A DNA stretch of 63,595 bases, the filler included, from Octopus bimaculoides (Eukaryota): NCBI RefSeq assembly GCF_001194135.2. It is 3 parts of 2 records of this genome, joined end to end, with 100 filler letters (N's around TTAATTAATTAA, not from the genome) between each part and the next. Parts side by side here need not be neighbours in the genome. Positions count along the whole stretch, not along the records: positions 1 to 30,292 come from NC_068987.1; 2 more parts are not named here. One strand, given 5' to 3'. The notes beneath the pieces are model-generated. The model had not been told where the DNA came from. It saw nothing but the letters and a program-made list of their open reading frames with translations, and did not search any database. This document shows positions 1 through 13,620 of the stretch, one piece after another. The stretch's first letter is position 1, and each line of letters starts with the position of its first letter. A program made the position numbers and the translations under genes.

Positions 1-48
<48 letters not shown>
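1..48. repeat. (TA)n microsatellite
   Basis: Direct reading. Confidence 0.99.
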
Positions 49-52
<4 letters not shown>

Positions 53-449
53 AATGTAGATGAATAAACATATCAAGCGCAGGAATAAATTTAAGCATGT
101 AATGAAACAATAGAATTAGATGTAAAATGTATATTAAATTGATTAATGAATAAGATACAGCAAAATATTGCAGCATGCATGTACATATACAAACAACCAC
201 ATAGACATTTGTACGCATACACACATACATACATACATGTACACACACACACACACGCACACATATTTTTGGTATGCTGCTATATTTCATGTTGAGAACA
301 ATTTAGGTTTTAATAGACACAAGATGTAATCTATTTCTAGCGAATTAATTGTCCACGTTAGTGGTCGACGTTATTTTTTAAAATGTACCTGAATCCCCTG
401 AGATTGCAGATAATATTTCTGAATCTCTTTGATTCCTTAGATGTGCTGG

Positions 450-1462
450 CCTACTGATAAAATGATGCGAATATATCAACGTCTCGATAGATGTTCGTTC
501 ACGCGAATTACCGACCGGATGACTCTGTACAAGGCATCTGTCCAGCAGCGGGAGACGGGACCGAAGCCGATTGCTATGAGGACAGCCTCCAAGTATCGAT
601 GGTCTACCCTATCGAAAGCGTTGGATTGATCCAAATTCATCAGGGCCCTACACATACCACGTTCCTTAACTACACTGTCTATGATGTAGCGCACGTGGTG
701 GAGGTTGCCGTGGATGCTCCGGCCCTTCACGGCGCACGTTCGCGCCTTGTCGACCAGATTCTCGATGACGAGCGCTAACCTTTTAGCTAACACCTTATAC
801 AAAATTTTGAAATCTAAAATTAGCAGAGTGATGGGCCTAAAGTTATATATTACGTCCTCGTTGTCTGGATCTTTCTTCACCAGCGTTACGGCTCATCGGC
901 TCACAAAACTGGGGATGATCCTGTTTTGTTTCCAGTTGAAGTACACTGCTGCAAAGATGTCTCCAAAGAAGTTTGGCATACAACTGTAAAGCTCGTAGGG
1001 TAGACGATCCGAACTCGGCAATTTGTCCCTTGAGCATTCTGCCATCGTGTTCCGCACGTCCGCCTCCGTGATGGTACACTCGCGACACTCTGCCCTCTTG
1101 CCGAGAGTCGTGGCAGGCTGTGCAGGTAGGCACTGAAGTCCGCCCTGCGTTCTCTCTCGCCACTCATACCGAATAGTTTGGCAAAATACTGCTGAAACGC
1201 AGCGCACATTTTGTGGGGTTCGAGTAATTCGTGCCCCTGTTCATCTACCAGTGACCGAATGGTGGCTTTGTTGCCCTGTTGCGCCTCCGCCATCCGGGCC
1301 TCTCGCTCGGTTCTGACACCTTCGTTCCTTAGAGAATGCATTCTATCCCTGACAACACACCCTTCGTGTTTGGCTTTGAAATGTTGGTGGAGGGCCAACC
1401 TCGCCGCCAAAACATCGGATGCGATGCCACTTCTAATCGCCTCTTCTAGCTTCTTAACTAGG
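450..1462 (-). mobile_element. Decayed Tx1/L1-clade non-LTR retrotransposon ORF2 fragment (pre-RT linker and RT N-terminal half)
   Basis: Frameshifted minus-strand peptides: ITEADVRNTMAECSRDKLPSSDRLPYELY (GKSPGxDGLPxEFY-like), NFRPITLLILDFKILYKVLAKRL, TCAVKGRSIHGNL, ALMNLDQSNAFDRVDHRYL. Confidence 0.88.
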
Positions 1463-1476
1463 TACACACATAAACA

Positions 1477-1481
1477 GATAT

Positions 1482-1563
<82 letters not shown>

Positions 1564-1607
1564 TGATAGATAGATTGATAGATAGATAGATAGATTGGTA
1601 GATAGAC

Positions 1608-1653
<46 letters not shown>

Positions 1654-1657
1654 ATAG
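1477..1657. repeat. (GATA)n microsatellite
   Basis: Direct reading, with a few interruptions. Confidence 0.98.
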
Positions 1658-2189
1658 ATTTCCTCAGACATCATTTTAAATATTCCCTAAATCTTAATTA
1701 GTTATTTTGATTTGACTTAATAGCAGTTTCTTAATTGTTTTAATTAGCATCATATTTGCTGACTTCAGAAATTATATATAACAAAGAAGCAGACAGACAC
1801 AATGTCCACTAAATCAAATACTGTTATGCAAAACATGCTCCGTTAATTGTAATATCTATTTATGCAAGACGAAACAGCATACAATCAACGCGATCTATTG
1901 TATAATAGAGTAGGACTCGGTTTGCCAGATATCAGGCGGAAGATACATCAAATATAGTTCAGACATGTTATTTAAATATCCATTATAAGTGATTTATGCA
2001 GGGCGAATACAAGTGTGTCCACCAAGTCTACAATATAATTATTTTCATCTACAATATAATTATTATTGACAATATTCCCCTGTAGAAGAGTGAACTTCAT
2101 GCCTGCTTTTATTCTAATTGTTTTTATTTCCAACAAACTTGCAACATCTAAATCATAATCACTCAGTAGCAGTTGAGATACCGGAATAC

Positions 2190-2732
2190 TTACCAAAATA
2201 CCGAGATTCGTTTACAAAATTATAAACTGAAAACGTGATGCTAACCGTTTTGCGACGCAAATGAGCCTACACAGGAGTGCACGGTCAGCAGCGTGAGCTA
2301 CAGTGAAATGTTTTCCAACAAACTGGAAATAATAATTTGCACCAAACGACGCTTGTTCTTGTTGCATGATAATGAACGCCCACATACAAGTGCCCACACC
2401 ACTTAGACCGTCAGAAAAGGATGTTTCGTGTTGCTGGAACATACTGCATTCTGTCGAGATCGCGTTTCTTCTGATTACCTCTATGAAGTGCTCAAACTTC
2501 CGATACGAAGTCGTCGATTTCCTACGGGCTAAAAAGTGCAAGAAGCGATGGATAAGTGGCTACACGACCAGCCGGAAACTTTCTGCGATAGAATAGGCAG
2601 GCTTGTGGACCGGTGCAACAATTACATCGAAAATACGTATCATGTTGGAAAATGATGTAATTGTTCACCCCTTGCTTTCATTTTAATAATTTACAGAAAC
2701 AAGCGTGCGTATAATTTTGGACTCACCTTTGA
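2190..2732 (+). mobile_element. Mariner transposase 3' remnant with right TIR
   Basis: LLHDNERPHTSAHT...LLEH...SSDYL...VQEAMDKWLHDQPETF matches the mariner C-terminus (LHDNARPH...HPPYSPDLAPSDY...W); TIR-like tgcgtataattttggactcacc near 2707-2728. Confidence 0.8.
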
Positions 2733-3514
2733 GTGAGCATATGTGTGTCCTGGGTATGACTGTAAACTGTATCCGGTATTGGGATCCCTAGTTCAGATGG
2801 TTTTGAGTAGTGTGAAACCCCTTCTCAGCTAATATTTTCCTAGGTGAATTCTGACCTGGACTAGTGCCACCTCATCGAGTCCCGCCGATGGTTCAATTGT
2901 CATAAACCAATGGGAGTGGGAGGCCTCTACTTTTTGTGCTAGTATCCCTTTGGTGGTGGAAACTGTAATGTAAAACCTACAGTCTAACCTAATTACTCTT
3001 GATCTCGCTTCGGTATGTAACTAGTCACAACACACGGTGACTTAGTAACTGGAACACGTGTGACACAATAGTTTATCACTATAATCCCGTGACGTACAGA
3101 TTTATTTGTTTTCCTATCTACTAAAAGCACAACAGCGTGGGAAAAAGGTGAAGTACGCAGACCTAACTTTTTGGAAATGCAATGTTACAAATCTGCAGAG
3201 ATGTGACAGGAATCTAAAACTAACATCGTCTTCCTCTGACAGGCACCAACTCCATGGAAATTCTCGTAAAGGGGCAGTCATTTATATTGCTCACCCAAAT
3301 TCGTTGAAGGTCTTAGAAGAGATGCGTAAAACGTTGCCTATCACACCGAATTAGTAACAGCTAATCGTCTGTCACCTAGTTTTCATAGCCAAGAAGATTA
3401 GCAGAGAAACTGAAAAGACATCTGAGAGGTCATGAGCAGAAAAGCAGAAATATCAATGACAATATGGAGGGCATGAGAAAATACAGTCATCTGTGAAGAA
3501 GGACTAATCACCAT

Positions 3515-3555
3515 GCGTGTGTGAGTGCGTTTGTGCTTGTATGTGTGTGAGAGAG

Positions 3556-3587
<32 letters not shown>

Positions 3588-3588
3588 A

Positions 3589-3619
<31 letters not shown>

Positions 3620-3688
3620 TATGTGTGTGTGAGAGAGAGAGGGAGAGAGAGAGTGTGTGTGAGAGAGAGAGAGAGAGAGTGTGTATGT

Positions 3689-3730
<42 letters not shown>
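3515..3730. repeat. Compound (GT)n/(GA)n microsatellite
   Basis: Direct reading. Confidence 0.97.
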
Positions 3731-3735
<5 letters not shown>

Positions 3736-5207
3736 TAATAATCTTCAATCGGACCCATGCAACTTTAATTTTCGTAGTTTCGTCATAGCAACCTGGCTCG
3801 TGTTATGAGTTGTAAATCTATGCAATAATGGGAATAGTTGCTGATTAAGGAATTAGAGTTACGTAGCATTTCCTAAAGGCAGGTAATAACGGTTCCGTTA
3901 TATATAAAATTGTTAAAAATTCTGAAAACCCAAATTTTCATTTATTTCGATCGAAATATCCACCCCAACTTTTTATCATTGAGGAGTGAAGTAGATGTTT
4001 CAATGCACAATATTTTTTTATCCGTTACCATCATTCATAAAATCTCTCTCCCTCATCCTCTCTCTCTCTCTATCTCTATTTCACTCTCTCTCTCTCACTT
4101 TCTCTCTCGCCTTCTATGGTTATATTTAACTGTTTTCGTTACAAATAACTCTAGAGAGTATATGTATATTTTGTTATACTCTGTGTAACACCTTAATTGT
4201 CAAATAAATATATATTGGCGTTTTTTCTTTTTTTTTTTGGTCGATGTCTTCCTTCCCACTTCAACCATTTCTTTTTTATCACACCCGCTTCGTTCAAACC
4301 TCCTGCTGTGTCATTCCATTATACACTTTCTGTTCTTTCCAAAAACACAATTATTTTCTTGCTGTGCAAAGCTCACTCCCTCTTTCTCTCTCCCAAACTA
4401 TCTTTCTCTCATTACTGTCTGTACTGGATTGATTTCATTAACTTACATTGTTAGGTAGTAAATTGATGTTATTTTTCTAATGTCATCCATCCATCGGTTT
4501 TCTCTCTGTCCCCATTCTCTCCCTCACACACACTCGCGAATGCACGCACATGCACACACACACACGCGAGCATCTTTCACGACCCTTGCGGTGTCATTCT
4601 ATTTGAAAGTTGATATCGTTCATTTCCATACACAAAAATATATATAACGCAATATACATGCTCAGCTATACAGATTTTCAATTCAGCATATAAATATAAA
4701 TTCTGTCGTTATTCTACATATTCTGTTACTTTTATTTTCTTCCCAAATCTCTCTCTCTCTATCTCTCTCTCTCTCCCTCTCTCGCTCTCTCTCTCTCTCC
4801 CACTCTCTCTCCCTCTCTCTCTCTCTAGCTTGATTTCTGTCATCCCCTTTCTCTTTCACACACTTTAACACGCTTTCACAACTTTCATTGAACTGTGCGT
4901 TATATTTCACATAATGCTACTATGTATGTATATATATATATATATATNNNNNNNNNNNNNNNNNNNNNNNNNNNNNNNNNNNNNNNNNNNNNNNNNNNNN
5001 NNNNNNNNNNNNNNNNNNNNNNNNNNNNNNNNNNNNNNNNNNNNNNNNNNNNNNNNNNNNNNNNNNNNNNNNNNNNNNNNNNNNNNNNNNNNNNNNNNNN
5101 NNNNNNNNNNNNNNNNNNNNNNNNNNNNNNNNNNNNNNNNNNNNNNNNNNNNNNNNNNNNNNNNTATATATATATATATATATTCGTATTTATATATAAA
5201 GTAGTGA

Positions 5208-5290
5208 ATGTGTGATAAGAAGCTTGCTCGCAAACCGGGTGCAGTCCCACTGCTTGGTAGCCCGGGCAAGTATCTTCTACTACACCCTAG
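5208..5290 (+). mobile_element. SINE-A head fragment
   Basis: ccgggtgcagtcccactgcttggtagcccgggcaagtatcttctactac resembles the reverse complement of the copy at 44691-44861. Confidence 0.6.
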
Positions 5291-8200
5291 TCACAGCGGC
5301 TGAAAGAAATGGAGGTTAATACCAAATGACGAAAATATATAACGAAGCTCTTACATAGTTTGTGTGTAAATCGATGACGTAAATAACGAATATCGACAAT
5401 AAACAAATTTCCGCAATACGAGGGACAGTTTCGGAGGGCCAGTCAATTAAACTACAACAAACATCGATGTCCCTAATCATGAATAGCAGGTTCAAAGTCC
5501 AACACTTTGTTTCAGGTTCTAGGCTGGATTCCATTCATGCAGAGATCCGTAATATCCGCGACAACAGATGTTTGGCAAATACACATCATTAAGTAATACT
5601 CGGACTATAAACTCGTAAAACTCTTTCGTTGCTCTGTCTGCATCAGATAGAGACCCAACAAACGGTTCTTCCATGTCTGGAATTTGTTTTGAATCGGTAA
5701 TTACTGCCAGCGCTGCCCTCAGCAGTAGCGTTGCCAAGCCAAATATTTCGGGAAGTTAGCAATAGTTCCTGGGTAGAAATTTCTCCGGCGTAGACTATTC
5801 ACTTGATTATTGACGCTAACATTTTCTTGGGTACAACGTCAGAAATGTGAAATTTTCAATTCACCATACAGATTATATCGTTTTCATGGAATTCTACAAG
5901 TTTTAAGTTATTTTTGTCCATAATAATCCACTCTAGGTGCAATGCATTTTTCATTTCATCTTACAAACTGCATCTGAGAATGTGTAATTCAAAGTGTGGC
6001 AATTCCAGTTTAAAGTATTTAGATCTGATTAAATATGGGTTTTTTCATCTCATAGTTTGAAAAGGAATAATATTATGAGCAACAACTAATTTTAATATTT
6101 CTAATAAATTAAACAACAGAAACATAGATAATTATAAATGTATCAAAGCATAATGCCAATAACTAAAACAGAATAATGGTATGTCGAGCAATAGCATATC
6201 AATAAATTACATGCTAACCATTCCGTACATTATTATTTTTAAGAAGAATCGTATATCTACGTATCTGTATTTTGATCTGACTACTCTCATATTAAAAGCG
6301 AGAACTACTCTCTCGTGGGACATTTGTTATCGTTTTCAGCAATAAAAACTAAACGCTGAAAATCCAAAAGAGACTAACACCATTGGAATTGTATCATTTG
6401 ATTTCACAATGATTGAGCATATAACCATTTAAATCCTGTTAATATATGTTGGTGACTACATAACTTTACAAGAAATGTCAAAATCTAGATTATCGAATTA
6501 TTATTCCCATTCACAACAATAGGCATTCTACCGATAAACACAGAACATTAACTATTATAAGCTTCATTGTTTTCAATCTCATTGATATTCTTGTCAAGTA
6601 TATACTGGAAGTCGGAACCAGAGTGTATGTGACAAGAGAGGATGTAAGAGAGATTATTTACTTGGATTTTATTTATATCAATCTGAAACGGCACGCAGCA
6701 AGTAAAAACTGTTTAAAGTGAAGGAAGGATATGAAATGTATAAACGGGTATACTCTTTTAATCTTTAACTTACTTAGTTCATTGTATTGGCGTGATGCTA
6801 GAAGTCCATCCTCTATGGCTTCCGTCTATAATAGCTATTACCTTTACGTCCGTTCTTAACCGTTTTTAAATGGACCTGCTTAATGCGCAAGACAAGTCCA
6901 GATCCTTATAGAGGCAAAATTTACACGGATATACGTATCGTGTGTTAACTTTGTATGACGCACCTATTCCGTACATTAGACACGTATATTCCGCCCATAT
7001 ATATGCACATGTATATACGTGTGTGTGTATCTGTGTGTGCATGCCAAAATATCTTCGAACAGATCTCAGAAACGTAAATAACGCAAATATAAGGCTACTG
7101 AAGGATTAAATTTGCGCTGCACGAAAATAGAGGATTAATTTTAGATTTAAATAAAAAATATTCATTCTTGAAGAGACATACAGAAGTGCATGATATGTTC
7201 CCAAAAATGGAAATGATGCACGAATAGGATTTAAAGTAGCTTCTCAAACATGAAAAATGTAGCAAAATTCCGTAAAGGTTATAATGAATATACATTAAAA
7301 ACAAAAATGAATGGTAGTTCATGTGTATTTGAATGTTTCCTCCTCTGTGTATTTCTGTGTTCTAGACAACGATTTATGAACACATATGCGTCAAATTTGT
7401 GGAGGAAACATTTACCGATAACTAAAAATGGACAAATGTTGAATATAGTCGATAATTACACTGGTATGACAATACAAATATAATCCAAAGGAAATCATGA
7501 TTATGACAATGATAGATATAAAATAACTCAGGAACAAAATGGACATTAATACAGGTCTACAAAATACGGGTTTTACCACTGGAGCATAATATACAAGTTT
7601 TCTCAACTTTCCATCCTAAAACCCATTGTTGGGGAGCAGAAAGCAAGATTGTGCCCTGAAACATAAAGAGCAACATATAATAATAAGGTACAGAATCAAT
7701 CCTTTACAGAGAGTTGTCACCATTCAGGAAATGTTATAACTCATTAGAATACCCATTAATGAAATCAATCGAAAGTTTCATGAAAATATTTACTGGAACA
7801 TTGAAGATTAAGTACTGATTAAAAATATTTTAATTGTGATTTCACCTAAAAAAAGTTACACTTCTGAATATCTAGAATGACTTTCTCACATAAATGCTTG
7901 AAATACATTTGGTCTATTAAAAGGACTCTTTCTTTNNNNNNNNNNNNNNNNNNNNNNNNNNNNNNNNNNNNNNNNNNNNNNNNNNNNNNNNNNNNNNNNN
8001 NNNNNNNNNNNNNNNNNNNNNNNNNNNNNNNNNNNNNNNNNNNNNNNNNNNNNNNNNNNNNNNNNNNNNNNNNNNNNNNNNNNNNNNNNNNNNNNNNNNN
8101 NNNNNNNNNNNNNNNNNNNNNNNNNNNNNNNNNNNNNNNNNNNNNNNNNNNNNNNNNNNNNNNNNNNNNNNNNNNNNNNNNNNNNNNNNNNNNNNNNNNN

Positions 8201-8456
8201 NNNNNNNNNNNNNNNNNNNNNNNNNNNNNNNNNNNNNNNNNNNNNNNNNNNNNNNNNNNNNNNNNNNNNNNNNNNNNNNNCTATTCCTTTGGACAGCAGC
8301 AGTATGTGTTTGGCTATTTTTAGAGTTGATGCCAAGTTTATTTTTAGAAATGATGACGTTTGATAGATCTTTTGTGTTTTGGTTATAGGGATAAGATTTT
8401 TGAACCCCAGTAGGTGTTTGGCTATTTTTAGAAATGATGACATTTGAGAGATTTTT

Positions 8457-8812
8457 TGTGTTTTAGTTATAGGGATAAGATTTTTAAACCCCAAGTAGGA
8501 TACATTTAATCATTGTTTGTTAAGAGTAGATTTGAATTTCTTAATAAAGTCCTTTTCTTTGCATTTTCTCTCAATTTTAGTCATCAAACTTTTATTTTAT
8601 TTCCATTCCATAAACTTTACAACCGGAATGAAATTGAGAGAAAATGCAAAGAAAAGGACTTTATTAAGAAATTCAAACNNNNNNNNNNAATGAAATTGAG
8701 AGAAAATGCAAAGAAAAGGACTTTATTAAGAAATTCAAACCTACTCTTAACAAACAATGATTAAATTTATCCTACTTGGGGTTTAAAACCTTATCCCTAT
8801 AACTAAAACACA
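8457..8812. repeat. About 120-bp inverted repeat (arms 8457-8577 and 8693-8812); 8627-8678 is duplicated across the 10-N gap
   Basis: Manual alignment gives about 4 differences between the arms. Confidence 0.9.
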
Positions 8813-9480
8813 ACTCTCCACAATTACTTAATAAATACAACGTGCCCTTCATTACGTGTTAACAAATTCTTCCGCAATTTTAAATTCCTTCATAAATCTA
8901 AATGTAATCACACCCCCACACATAGCACCCACATACCATCTCCAATTATCATAAACACATACCCCTTCTATATCTCTAGAACTCTTATTCCTACCTTATA
9001 TCTTACATCCTTTCTATCTACCTTACATCTTCCCACTATGAGATAAACATTAATTCTTTAATTTATCCTTAATTTATTTTAAAAGCTTAACACAATAAAT
9101 CCCCTAACACTAACACCCACTCATAAATAACTTAACATTCAACTTGCCCTTCAATTCTCGACTACCTACATACCCATAACTCTATTGCTAAAATAACTCT
9201 ACAGCCACTGACCGTAGCCAGAACGGACACAAGCATGTGCTATTAAATTTCCTCCCCAACAACTTTAGACTTTCAGACTACCACATATATCTGCTACTCT
9301 CTCTAAATTCCTTTCATTTTGCTCTATTTTACCATATCTTCATCTACCTCTTCATCGTGCCTCTTATCTTCTCAGCTACAACGTAGACAATTCTTAGACA
9401 TCATACTCCTATTCACCTTAATTTATCCTATAACAGATACTTAAAATCACCCCCCCTCTCTATCAACCTCTCCGCTACCA
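8813..9480 (+). mobile_element. Heavily decayed Penelope-like RT remnant
   Basis: LHKSKC resembles IHKPNC; LSLNSFHFALFYHI resembles LSLNCFSFAGEFYHQ and the equivalent region of the PLE at 15940-18256; same C-rich, G-poor sense strand. Confidence 0.45.
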
Positions 9481-12400
9481 TTTTGTTACTGAACGTTGAT
9501 ATATTCGCATCATTTTTATTGGGATGTCTACTATGTCAGGGTCTTAACTCATATGGATCTACGCAGGATTACACCTAAGGAGTCATGCTCTGTGTTCTCC
9601 AATTTCGGAACGTTTAACTATGAACTGTTATGCTTCTTTTTTTCTTCTTTCTTTCCGTCTCCTTATTCGTTTTCTCATTCCCTCTATGTCACCATCTGAC
9701 AAATATATACGATTCTCTTTTTCATTATTTTTTCACTATTTTTTCTCTGATGACAGAATATCCCATATTCGGGGATATCCAGAAAACAGCTGTAAGACTA
9801 GATTTTTTCGAATAATAGGAAAAGCTAGAATGGTATTCTCTGCGAGGATATGCTCGCATCTCATCTGATAAATTGAATATTAATCTCAGTATATATATTG
9901 TAGCTAGGATAGTATTAAATTCATGATAATCTAACTAAATAATTGCGCATCTTTGCAACATTACATTTTGATATTTATACTATAATGGAGAAAGCTGCTT
10001 ATTAATTAGGCATGTAAGAATTACTAAAAGTACTAAAGGAAACCAATTATTAAAGAGTTGACCGCTTGGAAATATTTTTCTAAATTCATCTTCCTAAAAA
10101 TTTCCTATAGATTCGATTTCTCAAGTTTATTGAATTTTTATTTAAACTCCAATTTCTCGCATCCCAAATTTAAATATGCATTGCATTCACTGCGGAGTAT
10201 TCCACTTGCGTTTGCAAAGCCTCGCACTTTCTCTTTTAAGTTTTAATTCGCTATTAATGTATACGTAATGTAAAAAACGTTATTTATTGAATGATTTTTT
10301 TAAAAATAACCGTATAAAGTTTTAACACGCGATAGCTGTGAGAAGAGCCTACAGTGTTAGGTAATTAGTATTAGAAGACGAGGAGAAAAAATGGTTACCG
10401 ACAAGTACTCGAAGCTTGCACCTTATTCATAGTCTCCAAGCACACTTCAACAGTGACACACACATCTCACACACACACACACACACCAATACACACTCGC
10501 ACACACACATACACATACAAATAAAAGGCAATGGATGTGCGTGTGCGCGTGTCGGTGCGTGCATGTGTATGTGTTTGTGTGTGTGTGTGTGTATGTGTGT
10601 CTGTGTGAGTGTGTGTGTGCTGTTCACTGACAAAATTTCGTGCTGCATCATTTTTTGATGTTTTGTCAGTGAACAGGTCACTGTTTTAAAGCGACGAAAA
10701 TATTTTGGCACAAATTAAGTTTTAATGTTGAAGTGAGACATACGGCATTTGTGTATTCGAGAATGGTTTACAAACATCTTCCACGCTGCAATTGTTTTTC
10801 TTTCAGCACATGATCTCAAAAGAAGTCACTTGCTATGGAAGTATATCTCCGTAATTTGTTTTAAATAACTGTGGATAAATGCCAGCAATGACCTTCACAG
10901 GCTCTCCAATATTTTAATTTCTGGACAGAAACAATCGGGGTCAGGGAGTGGGGTTGCAAAAATTCATAATTTCTCAAATTTTCTTTTTTTTATATAGCAT
11001 ATAAATGTATTTCGGGGGGAAAATATTGTAAAACATTAAAATATGCGTGAATGATAAAGAAACGAGGAGGATTGTCTTTGGATGTGCTAGAAAAAACATC
11101 CAAATCGCCCTTGAATCAAGTTTACTTCTGAAACTTTTAGCAAGATTTCTTTTTGCCAGATAGGCTCTTCCCATGGTTTTGCACTGCAAAAAAAGATTGG
11201 CCAAAATAGGTCCACAGCGGGATAATATGGGGTGTAAAAAGATGGAGTTTTCAAACACTTTTTCATACAATGATGCCCCCAGCAAGCTCATAATTTCGAA
11301 GGCTGTGGTTGTAAAAAATGGGAAAAATCACCGAAAAAATTTCCCTACAAATTTCTTTATAGTCGTAATCTATGCGGTTTGAAAGAGATCTGTATAAATT
11401 TTCATTAAAAGATACCCATCGTCCTGAATGTTATGAGGAAAAAAATCAGATCGTGTGAATTTTCTGAAACTCCTCTCTCCATCACCTCGCAAAACTTCTT
11501 CTGCACAAACCCCTATATACTCCGAAGACACAACATCTAAGCGGTATTTTCAGAAAATATTTGTAAAAAGTGTCCAATTTTTTAAGGCAAAAAAATTGAG
11601 GGTGTATACATCTGTAGTAATGCTCTTTTATGTATATAATTTATTTATTTAATATTTACTTCATTCATTGTTTGCAATATTTTCTCTCTCTCTCTCCTTC
11701 ACACACACACATACACACTGCGAAGCTTACAGATGGGCTGCTGAATTGAACTCTCTATGTTGCTTTGAGGGAAAAGTAAAACTTGACAAACTGCTTCTCC
11801 CTCCGTTATTGGACTGCCGTGGTGTTTGTTTAATTTACGAATATCAAACAGGAGATTTTTCGGGTTTCAGTTTTTTTTGTCACCTTAATTATCAGGTTTA
11901 CTAAAGTGTGTTACAGATAAAGTTTATCAGTTAATTTGAATTTTGGCAATGAATTGGGAAAATTCGGTACTTCTATTTTAAAAGATTTGACTCAAAAACA
12001 CCTTTTTTTTGTTATAAAAATAGTTTATTTCAGGTGGTTGACATAAATTGCTCGGCCTACCTGAAAATTCCTGCGTTTCTACTACCTTTTTAACGATCTT
12101 TTTTTTTTTTTTGTTTTGCTGTCAGCCAAGATCGTAAATTGATCTTTTTTCCCGAAAATGAGCAGTTTCAGTACAGCAAAAGCGGTAGCTAACCATGAAA
12201 AACTAAGGTCATTTTCGGAATCTTCAACTCACCCGAGCACGGACGAACAATGTTTACATCTTCAGTCAATATCCTTATAACCTCTTCATAACCAATAACA
12301 TTCGTTCTTTGTTATTAATGTTTATAGTAGATTCAAATTAAATGTTAATAAATTTACCGTGTTCAGTATGTTATGAAAATGTAACTTTCGAAAGCATATC

Positions 12401-13396
12401 AAGTATGTTTACGTACCGTTGAGATCTTTAATCAGTTAATAAAATTTTCGAGTACACCCGAAAGCACACACACGCATATACGTCTATATATATAAGACAT
12501 TTATGCACATTACTATATTTATATGCATATGTGTGTGTGGTATGCTGTACATTCGCCGGTATGTGTAATCAATTCTTATACGAATACTCGTCACTAGAAG
12601 GCAGCTCCAAGGGAATCGAGATTGATTTTATCTTAGATGCTAATTTCAGCATTTTTACAGTGTTGGCATTCATGTTGATCCTGTTTAATTGCATCTGAGG
12701 GATTACCTTGTGTAACATATCGTTATATAATATTTCAATAAAATTTGCAATACATAAAACACAATTTGTTACTTATATCACGTGGTTCAAACGACTACAT
12801 ACAATCTATACTTGGATGAGTTTCATCAATTTCAAGTGAAATCTTGCTGCTAACAAGTAAAGTCCATTTTGTCTGTAGTAAAGGAACTTCACTATATTTA
12901 GCTTGATCAAAAACGTACAGGAGTCAAATGATATTCTATCGTATCAAAGTGAAACGTATACATATAATTTTTATCTTTAAAAAATCTGAGTAGTTTTCCC
13001 ATTAGAGTAATAGAAAGAAGTAATGTAATTCACGATAATACATTTATTAAATAACGAAGTTAGTAGTATTTCTACTTGAAATATATACGTTTGGCAAAGT
13101 AATTAGAATGAAGGGCTTTTCAGTAAACAACACAAGCACCAAACAATATTGAGCAGCATTGAACATTATTCTCCCTATATCGAACGGAAGTCCTTGCTTG
13201 CGTATTTCCTGAGTATTTCATTGGAAAATATACAAATATTGTCAGAAACTGAAATGATTATTGCTAGAGAAATTATTTAAATCATTCGAGTTATGTAGTG
13301 AAAAATAAGTCATTAGATAAACTTTCATTTCGTGTTTCAAACTGGATATTTGTACGGATTTCTACTGGCATTTTAAAATTTAGATCGTTCTTTTCC

Positions 13397-13401
13397 GTGT
13401 G

Positions 13402-13441
<40 letters not shown>

Positions 13442-13560
13442 TGTGCGCGCGTGTGTGTGTGCATGTGTGTGCGAGCGCGTGTGTGTCTGTGTGTGCGCCT
13501 ATGTGTGTGTGTCTGTGTGTGTGTCTCTGTGCGTGTGCGTACCTGTGTACGTGCCCATGT

Positions 13561-13612
<52 letters not shown>

Positions 13613-13620
13613 CAGTAGTA
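13397..13620. repeat. (GT)n-rich tract followed by (TAG)n
   Basis: Direct reading. Confidence 0.97.

Noticed and set aside
901-1674. 257-aa ORF as a gene
   Set aside because: The N-terminal YLSI repeat is translated (TATC)n; the rest is part of the Tx1 remnant.
2740-3060. Possible interspersed repeat after the mariner remnant
   Set aside because: No second copy or diagnostic motif within the window.
4895-5269. ORFs spanning N gaps (also near 7.9, 33.8, 44.5 and 55.8 kb)
   Set aside because: Open only because N runs contain no stop codons.
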